Part shown: positions 30,472 through 42,100 of the stretch, piece after piece
Layout of the letters: the number at the start of each line of letters is the position of its first letter
How positions within the stretch are numbered: position 1 is the stretch's first letter
Source: Trichinella spiralis
Taxonomy: Eukaryota
Direction: 5' to 3'
Length of the DNA: 64,000 bases
NCBI RefSeq assembly: GCF_000181795.1
Contig: NW_003526941.1
Coordinates: 9,630,353 to 9,694,352 of the forward strand
The notes under the pieces: generated by a model
Told to the model about the DNA's origin: nothing
What the model saw: the letters and a program-made list of their open reading frames with translations, nothing else
Database searches by the model: none
Position numbers and translations under genes: made by a program

Positions 30472-33400
30472 GTTTAATTTGCCACAATATATGAATTGTT
30501 TTTTCAAATCACTATTTTTTCTCTTATTTTACAGCAAACCAGCATTTCGTATAAAATGAGCAAGTATTTCAATTCTTGTATTTATAGTATTTTTAGTATT
30601 TGAAATAAACTTAATAATAATGATGAAATTATTGTTTCCGCAGTGTGAGTTATATATTCTCTCAAACACAGTGTATTAGTTAAGTAAATAAAGCGCAGTG
30701 AAAACTGTGCACTAGTGATATTTATGAGCAGGAAACAATGAAATAAAAATTTGCATACGGGTTCGTTTGCTTTATTGACATATTCGACATTATTATAGTT
30801 TGACGACGTCCGTGGATGAAAGGGCTGTGAACTGAAGACGACCAACATTAAGCGCCAAGCAATTCATTTGTTTTTTTATTAATTATTATTTTTTGGAATA
30901 ATTTCTGAAAAATAATTTTTCAATCATGAACACTGAAAGAGCATGAACATCAACAATGAGAAGACAGCGCATTGAGTAGTAAGTGGCAGTTTTTTCACTT
31001 TTATGTCGTAATCACTTAACAATGCAATTGAGAATCGATATTTAGCATAATTTCTTATTATATTCTCTATGAAGAATTCTCAACATAAGATGATAGTTGA
31101 TTACATGAACGTCAAATTTCCATACAATTAAGATTGATTAAATAATACCATATAGGTATTGTTTATCTATTATTAAAATATGGTCGTTTGAAGATCATCT
31201 TCACGGTACCTAACAGACACATTTAATTGACTAAACAAGCTACTGCTTGCAAGCAGCTCACTTAAAATCAGCTTCATTTGAACTGCTTGCTTTTCTGAAT
31301 TAAGAAAATTTTCAGACATACATAGGTGCGTTTTGTCAAAGTCAACTTTTTAGTTATGGTGTTTTCTGCCAGATAGTTTATATTTTAACTAATTTTTCAA
31401 AATTAAGGACATTTTTGAATTTTTAAATTGTCCTTACTGGTTGAATTGTTGAACAGTGCGTTTCTTTTGTTCATACTGTATCCCGGCATACGTTAGAATT
31501 TATCAATGCGTGATGCACAATTTTTAGTACTTCAACCCAGCATGTGCATTATATTAATTAATCAATTAATTATGCTTGTGTTTTAAGCAAATGTCATGTT
31601 TTGCCATTCTTCTGTTTTAGGCATTCATTTTTCTTCTTTTCAAAGTGGTTGATCAAAGTCTGATTGAAATGTTCACTAAACAATCAGTTCCTTTAAATTA
31701 ATGAATGAATTTTGCTGAATATTGCGACATATTATTATCATGCCAGTGCAACTATATTTACGTAAGACACTATTTCATAATTCTTTAATTTACGCCACAA
31801 TATTATTTGTGATAGATAGTGGCTTTAATTATTATAATCTTTGGTGTTTGCTCATTAGATTGTTATACGTTTTCAAGGCATACATGCATTTCTAGGTCAG
31901 CAGAATAACTTTATGCTAATGTGATGGTAAACACTGCCGTTGGCATTCTGCTACGTGCACTTTGTGCTATTCAAATGCGGTAGCAGTGTTCGTTATATAA
32001 ATTTCTGTTTATTGAGAGAACTGCACTATAGGATAAAAATGTTCGCTGCTGAAGGGCGGTCTATTTACTTACTACATTGCGTTATTTGGTCATTTCGATG
32101 CTTCACTGCAACAATTACGTTGTGATTGTTGGACTGAAAATATGAAGAAATCACGAATATCAGTTACAAAATGCATGACTCTACGTTTGCTTCACACGTC
32201 ATCCCTGACAGGTCTGCTGACAGGTATGAATTTTCATATATTTGCTATTTTTCATACAATGTTTTTTTCCTTCACTTGGCACACTGCACTAAACATGCGC
32301 GCTTTTTAAGCTTTTCGTAGTTGTTTGATTTTAGTCTTTTTGAATGGAAACTAGCGCGTTGTTTTTCAGTAATGATGTTCAACTAATATTCGAGACTTTA
32401 TTACGGCCAAGCCATTATATAATAGTACTAATGGTATATTTTGCTATAATTTTCAATCGTCCTTACAAATCCATTTGTAAAGTAGTACTCTGACATAGCA
32501 GTTGAACCCCTCCCACATTATCCTTACTGCCCACTGTAATGTTTATTGCTAAGGTAACATACTTGCCCAATTGTTTAAAGGAAATGTCGTGTGCAGTCGC
32601 ACAATCGCACCCCTAAATGCTTGTCACTGCTCAAATCGTGCACAAGATTGTTTCAGCATGACATAGGAAAGCTGCTGTTAGCTAGAGAACACACTTTTAT
32701 ATTACCACCTTTGATACTTTAAGAATGGCAGTAACGTACCCTTTATTTTTGAAATGACTCCTTAAAGTTTCTATTATGTCATTGTACCACCAATACCACT
32801 GACTTATACAGATGCACCTATTTTAATGTCATTGAGAAAATAACTCATTGCCAATCAGTATTGTCAGTATTGATAAATGAAGCTACGGCTGAATATTATA
32901 CGTGAAGATTGCGTGGAAGAACGCATATGACAACTTCCACCTCCTCCATCCTTCAACTTCTCCCTCATTCCTTCCTGCTATGCTGTCCCGCCCTCCTTTC
33001 CTTTCTAATGATCCCCATCATTGAGCTCGTTATAATACTAAGCTGAACAGAGATCGCATTCAACTGAAAATGCTGCCCATCCCCTATTGCCTATGCCTGA
33101 TTCCCTATGCCTATCCCCATATGCTCCATGCTCCTGCTCATCATAAAATTTCATGACAACTGTTTAATTTTCCATAAATCTGAAAACGTATTTTATTTTC
33201 GAAACTATTTTCTGCGGAAGCTATTTTTTATTATCCATATAATTTTGATTAGAAGAAATGCATTGATAAAATATAAATTATTGAATCGCCTTGTACTTTC
33301 AAGCAACTAAATTACAGAACATGCATATATACGCAGTGATAGCATTTTCGTTTATTTTTAGTAATCTGCGATGCTTCAGGTTAATAATATTTCCTTTGAG

Positions 33401-33943
33401 GTAATTTTAGGGAAAAAATTTGCATAACAATGCCATATTACGTAGTAATATGAAGTGTGTAAATAGAAACGTAATAAATTTCATCGTCTCGTTTCATAAT
33501 GTTGCTCATAATGTTTATTTTACTGCACTATTACTGATGGAAAATTAGGTTGTTCTTCCTGAGGAAAAGTAAATAGTCATTTGCATAATTTACTTAGTAT
33601 TATACATCTAATCAGAGAACTTCGATTACATTAGGTTATTCAGTTCACTGCAATGCTATCAATCTAGCACGTGGTCAACTATAATTCCGCTCTTCAACAC
33701 CATCCATGAATAACTGGTAAGTTGGATTTGATATTTTGGTAGTGGTATGCTATGCATGTTACTTTACATATGTGGTGATTGGTAACTGGCGGGTGTCTTT
33801 TTAGTGTTATTATTGCTAAGTTTTAGATGCATCAGATGCTGAAGACGAAGAAGTATCTATTTCTGTTTTTTATTTATAGATGACTGCATTAATATAATTC
33901 ACTTTTAGAACTTACATTATTTTATTTTCGTATCAATGAATAT
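30472..33943 (+). repeat. Left arm of a ~3.5 kb long inverted repeat
   Basis: Reverse complement of ~39191-42679. gtttaatttgccac (30472) matches gtggcaaattaaac (42666-42679). ORFs 31940+ and 41007- differ by one residue, and ORFs 30582- and 42355+ are nearly identical. Confidence 0.95.
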
Positions 33944-35454
33944 AAAAAATCCTATCATGAGAAGATGATGCCACTATGCATCATAATTATTTTCATCTGC
34001 TGTCGATTTGCAATCTTGTTTATTCCCGTGAAATTTCAATGAAAATGATGGCCACAAGCAGCTGCGCAAAATGATTATTTGCGAGATATTTAGATTGTAA
34101 ATTAGCCACCCCATCAGCAGCACATCTGTTATTGTATTCGTACGTGCAACGTAATGTAAGTAATATTGTAGATTGGTTGCCTTTGATTTTAGTAAATTTG
34201 AAATTTGAATTTTACATTAGAAATTTATAAAATGTATTCCTTTTTCTCTTTTCCATTTATAAAATGGATAGGTAAAAAGAGTAGGTGTAGTAGGTACAAG
34301 AGTGTAGGTAAAAAATATTCTGTTTATATGACAAATTACTTATTAAATAATTTTGTAATCCAATGTTTTATTTCGATGTGTTATGTAGTATCTATTTTTT
34401 AGTTTGACTATTGCTCTGTTCATGTTTCTACCGTGATCAGTCATGTGTCTCAACAGTTCCGCTTTCTGGTTTTCTTCATCGCCACAGTAAGAATGAATTT
34501 TATGCACTTTGTTAGCAATTGGTTGTGTCAGTGCAGTGGAACTATTTCTACAAACTTGAATATCTTTCTCTTATGGTGGTTCAGGTTTCCCTCAATGGAT
34601 TGAAAAGATGTACAAAAATCTGTAAGTAATTGAGTATCTATAATATGTCACTATTATTAATGTCTTTTAATTCTACTTATATCTGATCTTGTATGCTTCT
34701 TGTTATCGAATTAAATAGTGTACGTCAACATAATTGAAACGTTTTCGAATTCCTGTTGCTCTTGCCAACATGGTATGTCACCTTTACCTCAATGCGTTCT
34801 AAATGTGCCATCACAAAAATAAGTATACATTTTGCCCATTATAGGGATGGAATACACCATCAACATCGAGCTCGTTCATACTCCTGCGTTAGTTTAGGTT
34901 GGCTTAATGGCGTTACCCACTATTGGTCCAGAAATCTGTGTGGCTTCGCTTATCATAGGGATACGGTATAATTAAATAATGATTGTAATAGTAGCATATA
35001 TTGTGAATATAGTCATTTGCGTTGGTTTTCAGATATATCACACAAGTCTGGTGGTGCGTGTTGCCATCAGTGCGTTTGGTGAGTATTTTTGTATAGTATT
35101 ATGTGAGTAGGTAAGTTTTAGTATTTTGTAAGTAGAGATTTTGTTTTTTATTGATGAGTGATAGTGTTCATTCACACTGCGGTGTTGCTTATCACATGCT
35201 TAGGATGTTTAACTGAAAATTTCAGCGCGTAGCTGTTGAGATGCTTGCATCCTGAAGGACATATGTTGTATGACTAGCAAGTAGTTTTTCTACAAATTTG
35301 TATACTTAGTAATTAAGGATCAACGATGCACTGTTATTTGTCTTCAATTAATTTTTTATAATATGGCTGTTTTATATCAATTTTGTTTAACATGCTTTAC
35401 TTTTCAGCACAATTGTTTTGCAAATATTTTTAGAATCAAATTAANNNNNNNNNN

Positions 35455-35948
35455 CCTCACTCCCTTCATCAAATTCTCCCTCAATCGTTCGTGCTATGCT
35501 GTCCCCGCCCTCCTTTCCTTTCTAAATGATCCCCCATCATTGAGCTCGGTATAATACTAAGCTGAACAGAGATCGCATTCAACTGAAAATGCTGCCCATC
35601 CCCTATGCCTATGCCTGATTCCCTATGCCTATCCCCATATGCTCCATGCTCCTGCTCATCATAAAATTTCATGACAACTGTTTAATTTTCCATAAATCTG
35701 AAAACGTATTTTATTTTCGAAACTATTTTCTGCGGAAGCTATTTTTTATTATCCATATAATTTTGATTAGAAGAAATGCATTGATAAAATATAAATTATT
35801 GAATCGCCTTGTACTTTCAAGCAACTAAATTACAGAACATGCATATATACGCAGTGATAGCATTTTCGTTTATTTTTAGTAATCTGCGATGCTTCAGGTT
35901 AATAATATTTCCTTTGAGGTAATTTTAGGGAAAAAATTTGCATAACAA
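35455..35948 (+). repeat. Direct copy of ~32940-33428 between two N gaps (probable assembly artefact)
   Basis: Nearly identical to the left-arm segment (ORF 35625 equals ORF 33107). Differences cluster at the 5' end and in homopolymers. Flanked by N10 and a ~280-N gap. Confidence 0.85.
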
Positions 35949-36229
35949 NNNNNNNNNNNNNNNNNNNNNNNNNNNNNNNNNNNNNNNNNNNNNNNNNNNN
36001 NNNNNNNNNNNNNNNNNNNNNNNNNNNNNNNNNNNNNNNNNNNNNNNNNNNNNNNNNNNNNNNNNNNNNNNNNNNNNNNNNNNNNNNNNNNNNNNNNNNN
36101 NNNNNNNNNNNNNNNNNNNNNNNNNNNNNNNNNNNNNNNNNNNNNNNNNNNNNNNNNNNNNNNNNNNNNNNNNNNNNNNNNNNNNNNNNNNNNNNNNNNN
36201 NNNNNNNNNNNNNNNNNNNNNNNNNNNNN
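35949..36229. other. Assembly gap (N run)
   Basis: Run of N; a second 10-N gap lies at 35445-35454. Confidence 1.
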
Positions 36230-36357
36230 GTGTGAAGGTAAGTATAAGTGTGAAGGTGAGTGCTGGATAGGTGAAGGTAAGTAGTCAGAAGGTAAGTATA
36301 AGTGTGAAGGTATGTACTGGATAGGTGAAGTGTAGTGTAAAAAGTTAAGGTAAGTAA
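36230..36357 (+). repeat. Short tandem repeat built from consensus 5' splice sites (AAG|GTAAGT)
   Basis: AAG|GTRAGT or AAG|GTATGT with GT at ~36238, 36256, 36277, 36292, 36310 and 36350. Confidence 0.85.
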
Positions 36358-36414
36358 TGTTTAGGATAAAGTATGGAGAATGTACACGTGAATATTGAAA
36401 TTACAAATTTAAAA

Positions 36415-36975
36415 AAGCCTGAGGCGATTTATTTAATAAAATATGCAAATTTTTAGTAGCCTACGGGTAATATGCAAATTTTTATTTGCCCTCAGGCAAC
36501 GCCTGGGGCTATGCCTCAGGCAATTTTTTGAAAATTTCGAATTTTTTAAAATATAGCCCCAGGCTTTACCCTCAGGCTATGCCCCAGGGCAAATAAAAAT
36601 TTGCATATGCCCTAAGGCTACCCCCCAGGCAATTTATAGCACAATATTTGACCTAAGGGGGTTTTTATGCAAATTTTTAATTGCCTCAGGGTAATATGCA
36701 AATTTTTATATGCCCTGAGGCTACGCCTGGGGCTATGCCTCAGGCAATTTTTTGAAAATTTTGAAATTTTTTGAAATTTAGCCGCAGGCGTCGCCTCGGG
36801 CTATGCCTCAGGGCAAATAAAAATTTGCATATTCCCGCAGGCTACGCCGAAAGCATTTTTTTGCACAATATTTGCCTTCAGGGGGATATGCAAATTTTCA
36901 TTTGCTTTCAGGCTATGCCCAGGGCATTCCCTCAGGTATTTTTTTCGAAAATTTACATAATTCAGCCCCAGGCTT
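36415..36975. repeat. Tandem array (~2.5 copies, ~220 bp period) of self-palindromic MITE-like units rich in ATGCAAAT and GCCN3-4GGC
   Basis: Units start at ~36466, ~36689 and ~36882. Unit 1 has a perfect 22-bp inverted repeat: ATATGCAAATTTTTATTTGCCC (36470-36491) and GGGCAAATAAAAATTTGCATAT (36587-36608). Confidence 0.85.
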
Positions 36976-36994
36976 CTACATACTTCTTCAATTC

Positions 36995-37240
36995 GATACT
37001 TACATGTTCTCCAATTACCTCACTACTTAACTACGCTTTCCCGTACTCCATTCAGCGTAGTTTCACTTCATACTTACCTCTCCGCTCTATTAAATCTACG
37101 CACAGCACAGTACTTACCTGCACAACTTACTTTTTCATTTCACTCACCTGCACCCTACGTTATCGTACTTACCTGTACGCAATCACATTAGTATCCGCTT
37201 CGACTCTACTTACCTGCATTACTTTATCCACTTACCTTGA
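36995..37240 (-). repeat. Degenerate repeat of TACTTACCTG (CAG|GTAAGTA on the minus strand)
   Basis: Copies at ~36996, 37070, 37110, 37125, 37141, 37166, 37207 and 37229. Confidence 0.8.
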
Positions 37241-37683
37241 TGCTACGTATCAGTACTTTACGCTCTCTACTGCTCTTAATGAATTCAATATAAATATGCC
37301 ATGATTCTAAAATTCATAGTTTTACATTACATTACAAATTACAGCCATATTATAGAAAGTAATTGAAGACGAATAACAGCAGCATAATAAATACGTTATT
37401 CGATGGAGATCATTCAAGATGCGGCTCTCGTCTTCACAGTTACGCACTAAAACATTAAAGACAATTATCCTACAAAAAATAATGCAATTCTTCCTTACCT
37501 TGCGTGACCTTCCTTACATCAGAACCGTAAACGCAATTTGAGAGTGCCATCGGCTGCGACTGAAACAATTCATAAATTGCTATCAAGAACAAAATGCTGG
37601 GATGTACAGCGACATACCTGTTCTATTTATTTAACGTCTTTCATTGCTGTCATAAACAATATCGAATTCCTTCTTTGTGAATT

Positions 37684-38850
37684 TGTGATAAGCAAAGGCA
37701 CACTGGGACGGCTAGGAAGCGCCTTTACGTCCATGTGAACACGGGTTGCAAACGGTACAAGATTCATGGGATGACGTAATCCACAGCTATTATAAACAAA
37801 AACTACTTACTAATTTTTGTCATATCACATTGGAAACGCACTGACGAAAGATCTATACGGGCACCAGCGCTACTCGACTGTCTCAACGTAGTCTGCTAGA
37901 ATTACAATCATTTATTTCTTTCTTACTCTTATGATAAGTGAAATCACACTAGTACCAATGATGAACGTCACTGCGTCAACTTCAACTCAGAGGGCCATCA
38001 GAAGAAACATCGAATTCGCTTGATGTTAATGTAATGCTGTCATGGATGAAATGTGCACGCTTTACGTATCCACCTGCAATCAGGAGCAAGTTAAATACTT
38101 ACGGATGTTTGTGATGCCACATCTAGAAGAAACTGATGTGAACATGACTAAGCACGGTGTCCAGAGCGAAAGGAAGTTGAAAACAATTCAGCTAATGATG
38201 TTATTTGTCATTATAGATGTTATCTAATTCAATCCATGTAACATTCGCATCTTCCAGCTATCTAATTAATCAAATTCAATACTTACTGATAAACGATACT
38301 ATTTGGGATAATCAAAGACACACTGGGATGGCTAGGAAACGCCTTTATGTCCATGTGAACAAGGGTTGCCAACGGTACAAGCTTCATGGGATGACGTAAC
38401 CCACAGCTATTATAAAAAAAGCTACTCACTAATTATTGTCATATCACATTGGAAACGCAATGACAGCAACAAGCACCAATACGTTGTCAGGATTTGTACG
38501 AACGCTGCTCGACTGACGACGAAATCTACTACAATTACAATCCATTCCTTCTTACTGTTGTGATAAGTGAAGCCACACTAGAACAACTGGGAAACGTCAC
38601 TGCACCAAACACTGTACGATGCAACTGCAATCAGGAGCAAATTCAATACTTACGGATGTTTGTGATGCCAAATTTAGAACGAAATGATGTGAACATGACT
38701 TATCACGTTTCCCAGAGCAAAATGAACACCATAAAAACTCAGCTGAAGACGTAATCTGTAATTACAGAAGTTACCTAATTATACCTATATCTAATACGCC
38801 TATCTTCTTGCTATCTAATTAAACAAATTCAACACTTACTGTTTTTTGTC
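37684..38850 (+). repeat. Diverged tandem duplication (~550-620 bp unit) inside the palindrome
   Basis: gataagcaaaggcacactggga (37687) matches gataatcaaagacacactggga (38307); ctgcaatcaggagcaa occurs at ~38073 and ~38625. Confidence 0.9.
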
Positions 38851-39190
38851 ATACGTTTTTTGAACGCCATGTCAGCAACTCAAACAACCACTGTTAAACA
38901 GCTTTTACCTGTCTTTACTGATAATAGATTGCACCTGGGCATTTTCAAAACGGAGCAAGGCAAATATAATTTTCAATTCTTAAAAGAATTGAATCAAGGG
39001 CACCTAATCCATGATATCATATACATGATAATTTAACATTAGTGCTGCAGTTGGAAAAAAAGCAATGTGGCGCTAATGGCATTGCCACCTTCAACCTAAA
39101 TTTAACAGAAAAATTCAAGTAAAAAGCAAGGCATATTCATCATGATGCATAGTTACCATATTCAGTTAGTTTTCAGAATTTGGTTGATTC

Positions 39191-42100
39191 ATATTCATTG
39201 ATATGAATATAAAATAATGTAAATTCTAAAAGTGAATTATATTAATGCAGTCATCTATAAATAAAAAACAGAAATAGATACTTCTTCGTCTTCAGCATCT
39301 GATGTATCTAAAACTTAGCAATTATAACACTAGAAAAACACCCGCCAGTTTCCAATCACCATATATGCAAAGTAACATGCATAGCATACCACCACCAAAA
39401 TATCAAATCCAACTTACCAGTTATTCATGGATGGTGTTGAAGAGGGGAATTATAGTTGACCACGTGCTAGATTGACAGCATTGCAGTGAACTGAATAACC
39501 TAATGTAATCGAAGTTCTCTGATTAGATGTATAATACTAAGTAAATTATGCAAATGACTATTTACTTTGCCTCAGGAAGAACAACCTAATTTTCCATCAG
39601 TAATAGCGCAGTAAAATGAACAATATGAGCAACACTGTGAAACGAGATGATGAAATTTATTACGTTTCTATTTGCACACTTCCTATTACTACGTAATATA
39701 GCATTGTTATGCAAATTTTTTTTCCCTAAAATTACCTAAAAGGAAATATTATTAACCTGAAGCATCGCAGATTACTAAAAATAAACGAAAATGCTATCAC
39801 TGCGCATTTATGCATGTTGTGTAATTTAGTTGCTTGAAAGTACAAGGTGATTCAATAATTTATTTTATCAATGCATTTCTTCTGATCAAAATTATATGGA
39901 TAATAAAAAATAGCTTCCGCAGAAAATAGTTTCGAAAATAAAATACGTTTTCAGATTTATGGAAAATTAAACAGTTGTCATGAAATTTTATGATGAGCAG
40001 GGGCATGGAGCATATGGGGATAGGCATAGGGAATCAGGCATAGGCAATAGGGGATGGGCAGCATTTTCAGTTGAATGCGATCTCTGTTCAGCTTAGTATT
40101 ATTACGAGCTCAATGATGGGATCATTAGAAAGGAAAGGAGGGCGGGACAGCATAGCAGGAAGGAATGAGGGAGAAGTTGAAGGATGGAGGAGGTGGAAGT
40201 TGTCATAGGCATTCTTCCACTCAATCTTCATATATAATATTCAGGCGTTGCTTCATTTATCAATACTGACAACATTTATGGGCATTGAGTTATTTTCTCA
40301 ATGACAGAAAATAGGTGCATCTGTATAAATCAGTGCTATTGGCGGTACAATGACATAACAGAAACTTTAAGGAGTCATTTCAAAAATGAAGGGAACGTTA
40401 CTGCCATTCTGAAAGTATCAAAGGTGGTAGTATAAAAGTGTGTTCTCTAGCTAACAGCAGCTTTCCTATGTCATGCTGAAACAATCTTGTGCACGATTTG
40501 AGCAGTGACAAGCATTTAGGGGTGCGATTGTGCGACTGCACACGACATTTCCTTTAAACAATTGGGCAAGTATCTTACCTTAGCAATAAACATTACAGTG
40601 GCCAGTAAAGATAATGCGGGAGGGGTTCACCTGTTATGTCAGAGTACTACTTTACAAATGGATTTGTAAGGACCATTGAAAATTATAGCAAAATATACCA
40701 TTAGTACTATCATATAATGGCTTGGCCGTAATAAAGTCTCGAATATTAGTTGAACATCATTACTAAAAACAACGCGCTAGTTTCCATTCAAAAGAACTAA
40801 AATCAAACAACTACGAAAAGCTTATAAAGAGCGCAGGTTTAGTGCAGTGTGCCAAGAGAAAGAAAGAAAACATTGTATGAAAAATAACAAATATATGAAA
40901 ATTCATACCTGTCAGCAGACCTGTCAGGGATAACGTATAAAGCAAACGTAGAGTCATACATTTTGTAACTGATATTCGTGATTTCTTCATATTTTTAGTC
41001 CAACAATCACAACGTAATTGTTGCAGTGAAGCATCGAAATGACCATATAACGCAATGCAGTAAGTAAATAGACCGCCCTTCAGCAGCGAACATTTTTATC
41101 CTATAGTGCAGTTCTCTCAATAAACAGAAATTTATATATGGAACACTGCTACCGCATTTGAATAGCACAAAGTGCACGTAGCAGAATGCCAACGGCAGTG
41201 TTTACCATCACATTAGCATAAAGTTATTCTGCTGACCTAGAAATGCATGTATGCCTTGAAAACGTATAATAACAATGTAATGAGCTAACACCAAATATTA
41301 TAATAATCAAAGCTACTATCTATCACAAATAATACTGTGGCGTAAATTCAAGAAGTATGAAATAGTGTCTTACGTAAATATAGCTGTACTGGCACGATAA
41401 TAATGTCGCAATATTCAGCAAAATTCATTCATTTATTTAAAGTAACTGATTGTTTAGTGAACATTTCAATCAGACGTTGATCAACCACTTTGAAAAGAAG
41501 AAAATTGAATGCCTAAAACAGAAAAATAGCAAAACATAACATTTGCTTAAAACACAAGCATAATAAATTGATTAATTCATATAATGCACATGCTGGGTTG
41601 AAGTACTAAAAATTGTGCATCACGCACTGATAAATTCTAACCTATGCCGGGATACAGTATGAACAGAAGAAACGCACTGTCCAACAATTCAACCAGTAAG
41701 GAATATTTGAAAATTCAAAAATGTCCTTAATTTTCAAAAATTAGTTAAAATATAAACTATCTGGCAGAAAACACGATAACTAAAAAGTTGACTTTGACAA
41801 AACGCACCTATGTATGTCTGAAAATTTTCTTAATTCAAAAAAGCAAGTAGTTCAAATGAAGCTGATTTTATGTGAGCTGCTTGCAAGCAGTAGCTTGTTT
41901 AGTCAATTAAACGTGTCTGTTAGGTACCGTGAAGATGATCTTCAAACGACCATATTTTAATAATAGATAAACAATACCTATATGGTATTATTTAATCAAT
42001 CTTAATTGTATGGAAATTTGACGTTCATGTAATCAACTATCATCTTATGTTGAGAATTCTTCATAGAGAATATAATAAGAAATTATGCTAAATATCGATT

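Noticed and set aside
35455..35948. A third copy of an arm segment as a real triplication
   Set aside because: It is bounded by N gaps on both sides, and its differences look like read-end and homopolymer errors; most likely a misplaced contig fragment.
36415..36975. CRISPR-like repeat-spacer array
   Set aside because: The context is eukaryotic, the repeats are degenerate, the intervening sequences are themselves repeated, and there are no cas genes.
36230..37240. U1 snRNA genes or spliced-leader RNA genes
   Set aside because: Only the 9-10 nt U1 5'-end match is repeated. There is no U1 body, and I could not see a leader-donor-stem-Sm site arrangement.
36771..37304. 177-aa ORF at the palindrome axis
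   Set aside because: It is a read-through of repeat sequence with a non-ATG start and no domain features.
38042..38754. Short ORFs as a FLYWCH/MULE or other transposase remnant
   Set aside because: There is no convincing W-x-C...C...H-x-H or DDE motif, and the paralogous copies do not keep one frame.
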